Part shown: in pieces, positions 54,135 through 63,544 of the stretch
How the letters are laid out: every line of letters starts with the position of its first letter
Position numbering within the stretch: position 1 is the stretch's first letter
Source: a virus
IMG/VR virus record: IMGVR_UViG_3300030419_003252
Location: 20,544 to 84,543 of that record
DNA: 64,000 nucleotides
Strand: one strand, 5' to 3'
The notes under the pieces: generated by a model
Seen by the model: only the letters and a program-made list of their open reading frames with translations
Databases searched by the model: none
Told to the model about the DNA's origin: nothing
Position numbers and translations under genes: made by a program

Positions 54135-55193
54135 ATGGGCGGTACTAGAGTAACTTACAATCCACCACCACCACCTCCAAAGGATGATTTTCCTGAAAAA
54201 TATTTAGCGTATCAACAAAAGAAAGATGAAGATCGTGATTATGTAGATTGGACTAAACAATTACAAAAGTATCAAACTCAGAAGAGTCAACAAGCAAGTG
54301 GTAGAGCAGGTTGGCAAGATTTTAAAACAGGAATTCAGAATCAACTTGGTCAAAATTTATTAACTTATGAAGGAGCTAGAAAAGCATTAACAGATTATGC
54401 AAGTAAATATAATTTAGCTGGGGGCTTACAGGGACCTGGTGCTGACCCTCGTAAGAATTGGGAACGTTATCAAACTGATGGTCCTGAAGGTGGATTTACG
54501 GAATTACCTGATTATCAAACACCTGATAGTTGGAAAGATTGGAGTGTTCAAGGTGCATTAACGGAGTTACACAACAAGTATGCTGGTGCATCTGTTGATG
54601 ATCCGTCAACACCTGATATTGATGAAAGTTTAGGTATTAGAGGTACACGATTTAAAGCAGGTGTGAATCAGCTTTATAAAGAACTTTTAGGTCAAGATGC
54701 GACTGCAGATCAATTAAGCACTGCAATGTCGAATTATAAACTAGGAGTTAATGCTGATATTGATTCACTTAGAACATCAATAATATCAAGTAAAGATTAT
54801 AAAGATAAATTCCAGAAGAGTTATTTAGAAAATTATTATGATAGTGAATTTGGTGAAGCATTAAAAGATGCTGAAGGTAAATCTACTAAACAACGTACTT
54901 GGAAATTTAATAAGAATTTATTACCTAAATATGCTGAAGGTTTAGGAGGTAAAACAGGTATAACAACTCCTGAATTTACAGATACGTTTACAGGAACTCC
55001 AAGTGAAATTAAGGAACAAATTCAAAATGTCAGAGATACTCGTAAATTCTTATATAGTGCTGGGCTAACAAATCTTCAAGGAGATATTGATAAAGAAACT
55101 CAGAAACTTAAGAACGAAGGTGGTAGAGAAATTGCAAGAATTGGTAAAGAAGGAGATATTTATCAAAGTGTAGTAGGTGCTTTTAATTTCTAA
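54135..55193 (+). CDS. Hypothetical virion-arm protein
   Basis: MGG...PPPPP N-terminus typical of small head/tail proteins. Confidence 0.6.
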   Translation: MGGTRVTYNPPPPPPKDDFPEKYLAYQQKKDEDRDYVDWTKQLQKYQTQKSQQASGRAGWQDFKTGIQNQLGQNLLTYEGARKALTDYASKYNLAGGLQGPGADPRKNWERYQTDGPEGGFTELPDYQTPDSWKDWSVQGALTELHNKYAGASVDDPSTPDIDESLGIRGTRFKAGVNQLYKELLGQDATADQLSTAMSNYKLGVNADIDSLRTSIISSKDYKDKFQKSYLENYYDSEFGEALKDAEGKSTKQRTWKFNKNLLPKYAEGLGGKTGITTPEFTDTFTGTPSEIKEQIQNVRDTRKFLYSAGLTNLQGDIDKETQKLKNEGGREIARIGKEGDIYQSVVGAFNF

Positions 55194-55243
55194 AAGTATC
55201 CTTGCTATAATTATTTCAGTATTTAATCTCGCAGAGGAAAAGC

Positions 55244-55432
55244 ATGTCCGATGATCTATTAACTCAACCAGAAGGACAAACTGGTGGCGATGATTATTTT
55301 GATATTTATAAATTTGAGAATCTCCTTTCTCGTTTAGAAGCTTCAAAAGGTCGTCAACAACGTCAGAAATCTTTAGAAGGTCGCCGTGATACATTCGCAG
55401 CTGGTCTTTCTAACATGATGAGCAATTTCTAA
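55244..55432 (+). CDS. Small virion-arm protein
   Basis: GAGG SD; D-YFDI..F motif shared with next ORF (DWFDL..Y). Confidence 0.65.
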   Translation: MSDDLLTQPEGQTGGDDYFDIYKFENLLSRLEASKGRQQRQKSLEGRRDTFAAGLSNMMSNF

Positions 55433-55454
55433 ATTCTCTTAGTTTATTTTCGTC

Positions 55455-55709
55455 ATGGCTACTGGTAACACTGTCCCTACAGGACAAACTGATGTCGATG
55501 ATTGGTTTGACCTGGATAAGTATAGAGAAGCTGCTGGAGTAGCCTACGAATTTTCCAAAAAGAAAATGGAGGCTGCTGGTGAAGAAGATAGAAAAACTAT
55601 CGGTGAAAAAGGTACCCAACAAAGAACCTCTGCAAAACAAGAGCAGGAATTCCGTCAAAAAGACGAAGAGAGAGACTACAAGCAGGCGCAACGAGCTTAT
55701 AGATATTGA
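55455..55709 (+). CDS. Small virion-arm protein
   Basis: Charged helical protein. Confidence 0.65.
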   Translation: MATGNTVPTGQTDVDDWFDLDKYREAAGVAYEFSKKKMEAAGEEDRKTIGEKGTQQRTSAKQEQEFRQKDEERDYKQAQRAYRY

Positions 55710-56196
55710 GCTATTTGATGCATGGGTTGATAATTTAGATTCATCAACTCAAGAGTCTTTTTGTTCTTTTTCTTCCGATAATTATTCAGTCATCGAAATA
55801 TATTTATATTCCCGATTCCTTGGTTATCGGGGATCTATTACTGCGTGTGATCTTTGGATAAAAAATAACTATAAAAAACCAGATCATCGTCAAAAGCTTT
55901 TATTTGAAATAGATGAGATGCAAGAAGATATTCGTAAATTAAGAGCTGATGTAGAAACAGGTTTAGTTAAACGTGATGCAGGGGTTGCACGTATTGCTTC
56001 TATGCAAAAAGAAGTACGTGGTCATATAGATCAAGTTGATAAATTTACAAATACTAAAGATAGAAAAGGATTATTAATGGCTGGTGCAGATCGAGCTATT
56101 AGAGAATTAATGTTTATTTTTAAAGACGATCCAATTGAAATACCTTTAGAAGAAGCAACTATGAGTGTCTGGGCAAGAATGCAGTTAGAAGAGTAA
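55579..56196 (+). CDS. Possible terminase small subunit (start uncertain)
   Basis: HTH-like N-part plus helical hairpin; ~2 kb upstream of terL; function inferred from position only. Confidence 0.35.
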   Translation: MKKIEKLSVKKVPNKEPLQNKSRNSVKKTKRETTSRRNELIDIELFDAWVDNLDSSTQESFCSFSSDNYSVIEIYLYSRFLGYRGSITACDLWIKNNYKKPDHRQKLLFEIDEMQEDIRKLRADVETGLVKRDAGVARIASMQKEVRGHIDQVDKFTNTKDRKGLLMAGADRAIRELMFIFKDDPIEIPLEEATMSVWARMQLEE

Positions 56197-56235
56197 TAGA
56201 AGTAAAATAGATTATATAAAAATTAGAAGCAAAAA

Positions 56236-57123
56236 ATGGGTGCTAATAAAGAACCAAAAGCTATGCAAGCTGCTGTAGATCAATTAGAAGCTGCGAAGCG
56301 ATCTAGAGAAGAACGTGCAGGAGCTAATAAACGTAGAGATGCTCAACCTTCTTCTCAAGGACCAAAGACATTTGATGCATTAATTTCTGGCTTACAAGCT
56401 GCAGCAAGAAATAGAAAAGAGCAACAAGCAGCAGAGAGAAGACCATTAAGTGAACCTGCTCCTGTCGGTGCTCCTCCTCCTAGAGATGATTATTTTAGTC
56501 CAGATCGTTTTGCAGCTATGGGTGGAGATTTAAATGCATTAGCGGAAATGCGAAACAAAGTAAAAGGTGGAATCACCCCATCAGGTTGGACACCAGATGC
56601 TCCTAGTCCTACTCCTGCTAGAAATGATTATTTTGATAGAGATCGTTTTGCAGCTATGGGTGGAGATCTAAATAAATTAGATGAAATTAGAGGTAATCCT
56701 CGGACACCAGATGCTCCTAGTCCTACTCCTGCTAGAAATGATTATTTTGATAGAGATCGTTTTAATGAAATGCGAGAAAGAATTGAAGAAAGACGAGCAG
56801 GCAGAAGAAAATCTTTAGATGAAAGAAGAAAATCTTTGGATGAAAGAAGAAGAAGACAAGAAGAATTTAAGAGAGAATTGATAAGAAGAAGAAGAGGTAT
56901 TGATTTTGGTCCTGGAAGAGGTCGTCGTATAGAAGGTCGTCCTGTAGATAGAAATATAGTAAGAGGTCGATATGAAGACCAAATGAATACAGGAGTTTCA
57001 CCATTTGGAGGTTCTTTAGGAGATGGCGATTTTATAAATCCTGAAGATGCTAAAAGAGGTCAACAATATTTAGATTTTATGAAACGAATAATGCGTCAGA
57101 AACAAGGTCAATTCGATAGATAA
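56236..57123 (+). CDS. Low-complexity Arg-rich protein with internal repeats
   Basis: DYF..DRFAAMGGDLN and TPDAPSPTPARNDYFDRDRF repeats. Confidence 0.65.
   Translation: MGANKEPKAMQAAVDQLEAAKRSREERAGANKRRDAQPSSQGPKTFDALISGLQAAARNRKEQQAAERRPLSEPAPVGAPPPRDDYFSPDRFAAMGGDLNALAEMRNKVKGGITPSGWTPDAPSPTPARNDYFDRDRFAAMGGDLNKLDEIRGNPRTPDAPSPTPARNDYFDRDRFNEMRERIEERRAGRRKSLDERRKSLDERRRRQEEFKRELIRRRRGIDFGPGRGRRIEGRPVDRNIVRGRYEDQMNTGVSPFGGSLGDGDFINPEDAKRGQQYLDFMKRIMRQKQGQFDR
56588..56763 (+). repeat. Exact 62-bp direct repeat (56588-56649 / 56702-56763)
   Basis: Identical nucleotide copies. Confidence 0.9.
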
Positions 57124-57175
57124 GAAAAGAATAACTAAGCTAAAATAGTTTTATATAAAATTGATGTGTTAGAAA

Positions 57176-57820
57176 ATGGGTGGCGTAGTAAAAGCAGTAA
57201 CTAAACCATTAGCAGGTGCATTTAATTTTGTCACTAAAGCGACAGGTTTAGGTAAAGCAAGTGACTGGAAAGAGAAAAGTAGTACATTTAAAGATCCTAA
57301 TCGTCTTGCATATCAATGGGATGTAGTAAACCAACATCAAGATTCAGCAGCAAGAGGTGATCTATCTAAAGCTAGAGGTGGCTTTACAGGACAAACTACT
57401 GATTATGCTACTTTAGCTCGAGACGCTAGAGCTGCTACTGATGCAACAGGATCACAGGCACAAAAAGAAGCTTTAAATAGAGCTAAAAATAGAAGAGCAG
57501 CACTACAGAGAGAAATGGAAGAAAAACGAAGTGCTATAGCTGGAATGAGAGCTGACGCTAGAGCACAACTAGAAAAAGATATGAGAGATAATGTTGTAGA
57601 TAGAATTCAAGGTGAAACTGCTGAAAGTAGAGCGAAAAGAATGAGAGAAAGAGTTCAAAAAGAAAGAGATATGAATATTTTTGGTAGTAGATCAGATATA
57701 AAAATGCCAGGCGATCCAGGATATGGTGAGATGCAAGAAGAGGAAGAGAAGTTTAAAAAGCCAGCTTATAGAGAATTTTTAGAAAGAATAGCTGCTGCTA
57801 AGAAAGGAGACTTCGGTTAA
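57176..57820 (+). CDS. Charged helical virion-arm protein
   Basis: MGGVVKAV N-terminus; C-terminus resembles that of the preceding ORF (Y..F..RI....G.F). Confidence 0.65.
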   Translation: MGGVVKAVTKPLAGAFNFVTKATGLGKASDWKEKSSTFKDPNRLAYQWDVVNQHQDSAARGDLSKARGGFTGQTTDYATLARDARAATDATGSQAQKEALNRAKNRRAALQREMEEKRSAIAGMRADARAQLEKDMRDNVVDRIQGETAESRAKRMRERVQKERDMNIFGSRSDIKMPGDPGYGEMQEEEEKFKKPAYREFLERIAAAKKGDFG

Positions 57821-57984
57821 TGGCTAAAGGTAAAATGCCACCTCAATTAGTAGAGTATTTTAAAAAAAAGAATGCTAAAAAAAATGATGGCACAGAGATG
57901 GATGACAAAGAAAAACGTAAAGCTGCTTTAGAAAAAGCTCGTAAATATCAAGAGCAAAAAAAAAATAAGCCAAAAGAAAAGTAA
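57820..57984 (+). CDS. Small Lys-rich protein (54 aa)
   Basis: TAATG coupling; GKMPPQL..YFKKK. Confidence 0.65.
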   Translation: MAKGKMPPQLVEYFKKKNAKKNDGTEMDDKEKRKAALEKARKYQEQKKNKPKEK

Positions 57985-58041
57985 TTCAGATTGCGGATGT
58001 AATCATTAGTTATTATTAAAGTAATACTTTGATGATTTGTC

Positions 58042-59568
58042 GTGCCTTCTTATACCCATCTTGCTTATAGACGTAATGCGAAGGCTGCAGCACGTAATCA
58101 ACAAATAAAAAAACCTAAAAATTTAGAATCTTTAGAACGAGCAAGAGAAGATTTTGGATTCTTTTGTGATTATGTAGCTGATAAACCTCCTGCATATCAT
58201 CACAAAGAGTGGAATAGAAATTTTATAACAAATGAAAATAGTAGTTGTTTAATAAAAATTGCTGGACCAAATGTAGATCTTCTTGCTCCTCGTGGTTCTG
58301 CAAAATCAACTGTTCTTGGTTTATTAACTGCGTGGGCTATTGGAATTCATACACAAGCTGGTAAACCATTACAAGTTCTTTATCTTTCTTATACTGTTGA
58401 TATTGCACGATCTAAATCTGCAACTATTAAACGAATTATTGAAAGTAAACGATACCAAGAAGTCTTTCCTAAAGTACGTCTACTTAAAAATGTAACTAGT
58501 AATGAATATTGGTCTATTGATCATAAATTTGCAGGAATAGATACCACTGGTGAAGAACAATTTACGCTTTGTGCTGCTGGATTAAAAGGGTCTGTGACTT
58601 CTAAACGTTCTCATCTAGTTATGATTGATGACGCTATAAAATCAGCTGCTGATATCGCCAATCCTGATATTCGTAAAACAATGCAGGAAAATTGGAATGC
58701 AGTTATCGCTCCGACTATGTTTGAAGGGGGTCGGGCTATTTGTCTTGGGACTCGTTTTAGGCATGACGATATTCATTCCACCACCTTTAACGAACAAAAT
58801 AATTGGACTCAAATTGTACTCTCCGCTATACAAAATGATCCTATAACAGGTGAAGAGAAATCTTATTGGCCTGAGATGTGGTCGTTAGATTATTTAAAAG
58901 AAAAGAAACGTCAATCACCAATTGCTTTTTCTTTTCAATACATGAATAAAGTCGTTCGACAAAATGAATTATCACTTGCACCTGAACTGATTGTTAAAGC
59001 AGAAATATCAACTGAATTTGATACGTTAGGAGTAGGAGTTGATTTATCAGCAGGTATTCGAGAAAAGAATGATTACACCGTTATGGTTCTTGGAGGAAGA
59101 ATTGAAGATCGAATACACATTATTGATTACAGACGAATACGAGTTATGGGTAATTTAGAAAAATTAGATGCTCTAAAAGAATTACTTAATGACTGGTCAA
59201 TCATTGGAATTGATCAAAATAAAATTTATTACCCAACTCATTCCACATGCGACATTTGGTCTGAAGCTGTTCAATATCAAGCATCTTTAGAAGCTGACTT
59301 TAAACGTATTTGTTTGCAAAATGAAAATTTATATAATCTAATTTGGCATCCAGTTAAAGGTTTTAGAGGAGATAAGTTAGCTAGATTCCGTGGAATTATG
59401 GGCATGTTTGAAGATAGAAAAATTATATTTAACCGCTATCGAAACTTTACAAATATGTTTGAAGAATTAACTAACTTTGGTGTTAGTGGACATGATGATT
59501 GTGTAGATGCTCTTGTTTGGTTAGTTACTGGACTAATGAAAAAAGGTTCACTTCAATTAGACTTTTGA
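58042..59568 (+). CDS. terL: Terminase large subunit
   Basis: Walker A PRGSAKST, Walker B MIDD, GTR coupling motif, nuclease GVDLS...DYT...HDDCVDA. Confidence 0.95.
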   Translation: MPSYTHLAYRRNAKAAARNQQIKKPKNLESLERAREDFGFFCDYVADKPPAYHHKEWNRNFITNENSSCLIKIAGPNVDLLAPRGSAKSTVLGLLTAWAIGIHTQAGKPLQVLYLSYTVDIARSKSATIKRIIESKRYQEVFPKVRLLKNVTSNEYWSIDHKFAGIDTTGEEQFTLCAAGLKGSVTSKRSHLVMIDDAIKSAADIANPDIRKTMQENWNAVIAPTMFEGGRAICLGTRFRHDDIHSTTFNEQNNWTQIVLSAIQNDPITGEEKSYWPEMWSLDYLKEKKRQSPIAFSFQYMNKVVRQNELSLAPELIVKAEISTEFDTLGVGVDLSAGIREKNDYTVMVLGGRIEDRIHIIDYRRIRVMGNLEKLDALKELLNDWSIIGIDQNKIYYPTHSTCDIWSEAVQYQASLEADFKRICLQNENLYNLIWHPVKGFRGDKLARFRGIMGMFEDRKIIFNRYRNFTNMFEELTNFGVSGHDDCVDALVWLVTGLMKKGSLQLDF

Positions 59569-59596
59569 TTTAGAATAAAGAAAAAGAGTTAGTCCA

Positions 59597-59890
59597 GTGG
59601 GACCCGATTATCTGACACTTTTATTAACTGCTGTTATCTCTTCTATTACAGGAGGAGGATGGATAGCAAGTAAAGTTTTAGATAGACATCGAGAACGATT
59701 AAAAGACTCTATTCAAAATTTAGAAAATCAAAGAATGCGTATCAATGCATTGGAGGAACATGTGAATAGAATGCCTTTGGAATATGTTTTAAAAGTTGAT
59801 TTTGTTCGGGAACTACAAGATATGAACGATCACTTTAGAGCAATTCATAATAAGCTTGATAAGCTAATGGAAAAGCTTATAGAAAAATGA
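59597..59890 (+). CDS. N-terminal TM + coiled-coil protein (holin/XhlA-like candidate)
   Basis: TM, then LE.....PLEYVLK.DF...I..KLDKL. Confidence 0.55.
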   Translation: MGPDYLTLLLTAVISSITGGGWIASKVLDRHRERLKDSIQNLENQRMRINALEEHVNRMPLEYVLKVDFVRELQDMNDHFRAIHNKLDKLMEKLIEK

Positions 59891-60069
59891 CTTACATACT
59901 GGAATTAGAAGATAATGCTTTTGGCGATTTATGTATTAGTTTTCCACCAGAAATAACAGATGAATTGCAATGGGAAAGAGGAGATCATTTAGAGTGGGAC
60001 ATTAAAGGTATAGGAATCATTTTGACTAAATTAAATGATCCCAAAGGTTATAAAGTACAGGAAGAGTAA
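59887..60069 (+). CDS. AbrB/MazE-like DNA-binding protein
   Basis: GDL.I.FP.EI...L.W..GD.LEW. Confidence 0.7.
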   Translation: MTYILELEDNAFGDLCISFPPEITDELQWERGDHLEWDIKGIGIILTKLNDPKGYKVQEE

Positions 60070-60095
60070 AATAAAAATATAGATTTTTTAACAAA

Positions 60096-60653
60096 ATGGC
60101 AAGTACTCGGTATTACGGAGAACAAAACGTGCCTGGTGCTCCTGGTCAAAGCTTTGTTCCTAATATGAATACAACAGGTGCTCCTGTTGGATATACACCA
60201 CAATTTACTGGTTCTATAGGATATGGAGATCCTATGCAACAAGCAGGAAATGCATCAACATTTTATGGTGGACCACAATTAGGAAACATGGCAGGAATAA
60301 GTTTTGATATTGGTGAAGGACATAAAGGTGCTAGTAGAGGAGCAAAAATGTATAACAAGACAAGAAATAATCCAAATACAAATGAAGTAGAGATGATAAA
60401 AAATATGTTAGGTGGACCACAACTTCCTCAAGCAATGCAAACAGGTGGAACAATGCCAGGTCAACCAGGAAATATGGCTTTTGAAGTAGCAGGTGGGAAT
60501 TTTTTAGATCCTCGTACTTGGATGAGTGGAGAAGCAGATAAACAAATTGATGCTGCTAGACAAGGTAAATATCAAGGTTCTGGAAAAGAAGGATTAACAG
60601 ATCAACTTTTAAAAAGAAATAGCGACATTCAAAATATGATTAATCAAATGTAA
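60096..60653 (+). CDS. Low-complexity Gly/Pro/Gln protein
   Basis: TAAAAT box upstream; GGPQL repeats. Confidence 0.6.
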   Translation: MASTRYYGEQNVPGAPGQSFVPNMNTTGAPVGYTPQFTGSIGYGDPMQQAGNASTFYGGPQLGNMAGISFDIGEGHKGASRGAKMYNKTRNNPNTNEVEMIKNMLGGPQLPQAMQTGGTMPGQPGNMAFEVAGGNFLDPRTWMSGEADKQIDAARQGKYQGSGKEGLTDQLLKRNSDIQNMINQM

Positions 60654-60657
60654 TTCC

Positions 60658-60804
60658 ATGAAAACAAAAAAGCTTATTAAACAAGCTATAAAAAATAAAA
60701 AGCTATTTTCACAAGAAGAATTACTTTACTTTAAAAAGTGGTTATATCTTAAGAAACAAGCGAAAGCTGCTAAAATCATTAAAAGGAAAGGGGTAAAAGA
60801 TTAA
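60658..60804 (+). CDS. Small basic cyanophage protein (48 aa)
   Basis: KKLIK.A....LFS.EEL.YFK.WL; TAATG coupling to portal. Confidence 0.65.
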   Translation: MKTKKLIKQAIKNKKLFSQEELLYFKKWLYLKKQAKAAKIIKRKGVKD

Positions 60805-63146
60805 TGGCTACCGACGCTAAGGCCCGTCTTAAAGAAATTATTGATTCTTATCTTGAAAGAGATGGAGGAGGAGGAATTGATACTGGTATCGTAGCGTCAC
60901 ATTTAGCACAAATGAGACTCTTTGGTATTAGACAAGGAGTTGAATTTTTTCCTGCTCAAGACAATTTTGGTAATCAAAGAAAAGATTATATTGATCGAAT
61001 TATTAAATATAATCAACTTGATTCAAGATTAGATTCAATTTGGGATTATTTTTTATGTGATGGTCAAGGATTATTTTATATAAGACCAACACAAAATAAT
61101 TATCGTTTATATTTCTTCCGTAAACACGAATATCGTAGTTATTACAATGTAGATGGAGAATTAGATGAAGTTGTAATTATCTATAGTTATAAAAAAAGAA
61201 GAGGATTAGGAGGAGAACAACCTATAGCTGATTCTTCTTTAACAGGTCAAGATCCACATAGTAAACATGGTAAAAAACATTACATTCGGATTTCAATTAA
61301 AAGAAAAGAAATAGTTGAAACACATTCAGAACATGAAATAAAATTTGAAGCTCCCTATCCATCTATGCCAGGGAAAACAAAAGAGTTAAAAAATACTTTA
61401 GGTTTTATTCCTTGTGTAGAAATTTTCAATAATCCAAAAGGTTTTTCTTCTGAAGGTTCTGGAGAATTTGATGCTTTAGCTAATCACATCTGTACTCATG
61501 ATGAGATTATGCAAACCATGAGAAAGAACGTTACTTTCTTTGGTAATCCAACTTTATTATCGTCAAGACCTAAAACTGATTTAGTAGAAGCAGGTGGGGA
61601 AGCAAGTGTTCAACGTCCCTCTATTGCAGCTAATTCAGGATTCGTTGGACTGGGACCTTTAAGTGCTTCCCGCTATAAATCTGATCCTGTGTCTCGTGGT
61701 GTAGATGGTCAAATACGAGTACCTAGAATTATTGCAAATCTAGAACCAAATGATCGTGTAGGTTATATCGTTCCTGATGCAATCACTGGAGATCAAAATG
61801 CATTTTCTCGTCAATATCGAGAAGAAATACGTACAGCTTTAGGTGGTGTTGATGAGTTATCTATATCAGCTGGAGTAACAGCTACTGAATATAAATCATT
61901 ATTTGGACGAGTTGCAGCTACATCTAAAAAGAAAGCAAAAGCTATTTACGATTATGGTCTTTGCCGTTGTTTAGAATTAATTATTTTCCAAGAAGAAAAG
62001 TTATTTAAAGAAACTCTTGCAGCCGCTGCTGGACTAGAAAAACCAATTGAATTACCTGATGGTGCAAGTGAAGAAGATAATTATGCTTATGAACAAGCTC
62101 AAGCAATGTTTGACCAACAAGTTAAAAATTTAATGATGGCTTGTTTGCAAACTGAGCAAATACCTCCAGGTGTTATTGGTTTAATTCCTGATGGTGATGT
62201 AACAATCCAATGGAGATGGATGGGGCCAGTTTATGAGGACTCAACTCAAGACGTATTAAATAATTCAATTGTTGTAAGAAACCTACAAGAATTAGGGGTA
62301 GATAGCATAGAAGCACTGAAATATCTCTTTCCGTCCAAGACGGATGAGGAAAGAGCAGCAATGCTTTCGGGGTTCCCATTCAGAATGGTGAACGAATTGC
62401 AGGGTGCATACTCTCAATTTGCCAAATTAGTGGGGGGAATGATGCAGACTCCTCACCCACAGTCACCCGACTTACCTATGGCAGCAGATCCACGCCTAGA
62501 TCTGACACCATATCTGTATCGAACACTCGAGGCGTTACAAAAGGAGATGAGTTATGCAGGACGCTACCGTCCAATCGACCCAACCGACGAGCCAAGCACC
62601 AGCAGCCGTCGCACCGAACAGCTACGTGGCGGCAGCTCCAGCAGCTCCACAGGCGGTTCCACAGGCACCAGCCCCATATCAAGTGGGTACGAGCTTCCCT
62701 CAAGCCGTTCCACAGGCGGTCCCCAGTTACCAATCAGCCCCTACTCAGTACGCCCCCCAATCCCAGACTCCATCTTCGGAGGCGGGCAATCCATGGGAGT
62801 CGGCGTTCAACAAGGTGGTAGGGGTCCTGAGCGCACCAGTCCAATCCCCGTTCCAGGGTCAACAGTCGCAGATACCGACTCAGTATTCCCAGGCCAACTA
62901 CGGACAACCCAGCGTCCAGGCTACGCCACAATCGGCTCCGCAGACTTGGCAACCCAGCCAGACATCATCGCCCAACTATTCCCAAACCTCTTCGACTCCT
63001 TCTCAAGAGCGGCTCGCAGAGATAGCCCAGGAAGTGGGGATGAGCAACGACAGCAGGGTAGTGATCGACGCGTTCGGGATAGAGGCTCCAGCGATACTAA
63101 ACCAGTACGCAGTAAATCTAGAAGGAATGCTCGACAACGCAGTTGA
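60804..63146 (+). CDS. Portal protein with long low-complexity C-terminal extension
   Basis: Follows terL; N.LGFIP.VEI.N, helical stem and W..P features typical of portals. Confidence 0.7.
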   Translation: MATDAKARLKEIIDSYLERDGGGGIDTGIVASHLAQMRLFGIRQGVEFFPAQDNFGNQRKDYIDRIIKYNQLDSRLDSIWDYFLCDGQGLFYIRPTQNNYRLYFFRKHEYRSYYNVDGELDEVVIIYSYKKRRGLGGEQPIADSSLTGQDPHSKHGKKHYIRISIKRKEIVETHSEHEIKFEAPYPSMPGKTKELKNTLGFIPCVEIFNNPKGFSSEGSGEFDALANHICTHDEIMQTMRKNVTFFGNPTLLSSRPKTDLVEAGGEASVQRPSIAANSGFVGLGPLSASRYKSDPVSRGVDGQIRVPRIIANLEPNDRVGYIVPDAITGDQNAFSRQYREEIRTALGGVDELSISAGVTATEYKSLFGRVAATSKKKAKAIYDYGLCRCLELIIFQEEKLFKETLAAAAGLEKPIELPDGASEEDNYAYEQAQAMFDQQVKNLMMACLQTEQIPPGVIGLIPDGDVTIQWRWMGPVYEDSTQDVLNNSIVVRNLQELGVDSIEALKYLFPSKTDEERAAMLSGFPFRMVNELQGAYSQFAKLVGGMMQTPHPQSPDLPMAADPRLDLTPYLYRTLEALQKEMSYAGRYRPIDPTDEPSTSSRRTEQLRGGSSSSSTGGSTGTSPISSGYELPSSRSTGGPQLPISPYSVRPPIPDSIFGGGQSMGVGVQQGGRGPERTSPIPVPGSTVADTDSVFPGQLRTTQRPGYATIGSADLATQPDIIAQLFPNLFDSFSRAARRDSPGSGDEQRQQGSDRRVRDRGSSDTKPVRSKSRRNARQRS

Positions 63147-63540
63147 GTGGGGAAATAGAGCAGCTGAAAATATTAAAGGTTTTGCAAATTTTGCTGTTCA
63201 GGAACATCAAGAGAATTTAGCTTATAACGAAATTCTTACAAATCCTGACGTTCTTAGTGATTACACTTTGAAGTTCTTCGGTCCAGAAGGCCCTCATCCT
63301 GTATATGAGAACACAGCTCAGTTAGAGACAAGAGGTTATCCAACACAACCTGTTCAAGGTCAGCAAGTTGGACAACAGACTCAAATGCCAGCTCCTCCAG
63401 CTGCTGCTGCTCCACAGCAACCAGAAAATTTCTGGGGTAGCTTCAATGAGCAAATGGCAAGAGATCCACAGAATGCTTGGAAGATTCTTAACCAAGCACA
63501 GCCAGGAACCGTACAAAATAAACTCTTTGTAATGGAGTAA
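62554..63540 (+). CDS. Capsid scaffolding protein (probable)
   Basis: AAGGAG SD 7 nt upstream; P/A/Q/S-rich disordered N-half, helical C-half; follows portal. Confidence 0.6.
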   Translation: MQDATVQSTQPTSQAPAAVAPNSYVAAAPAAPQAVPQAPAPYQVGTSFPQAVPQAVPSYQSAPTQYAPQSQTPSSEAGNPWESAFNKVVGVLSAPVQSPFQGQQSQIPTQYSQANYGQPSVQATPQSAPQTWQPSQTSSPNYSQTSSTPSQERLAEIAQEVGMSNDSRVVIDAFGIEAPAILNQYAVNLEGMLDNAVEWGNRAAENIKGFANFAVQEHQENLAYNEILTNPDVLSDYTLKFFGPEGPHPVYENTAQLETRGYPTQPVQGQQVGQQTQMPAPPAAAAPQQPENFWGSFNEQMARDPQNAWKILNQAQPGTVQNKLFVME

Positions 63541-63544
63541 AGAT

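Noticed and set aside
55551-55565. -1 slippery site (C AAA AAG) fusing 55455 and 55579 ORFs
   Set aside because: The downstream ORF is in the +1 frame, so a -1 shift would not join them.
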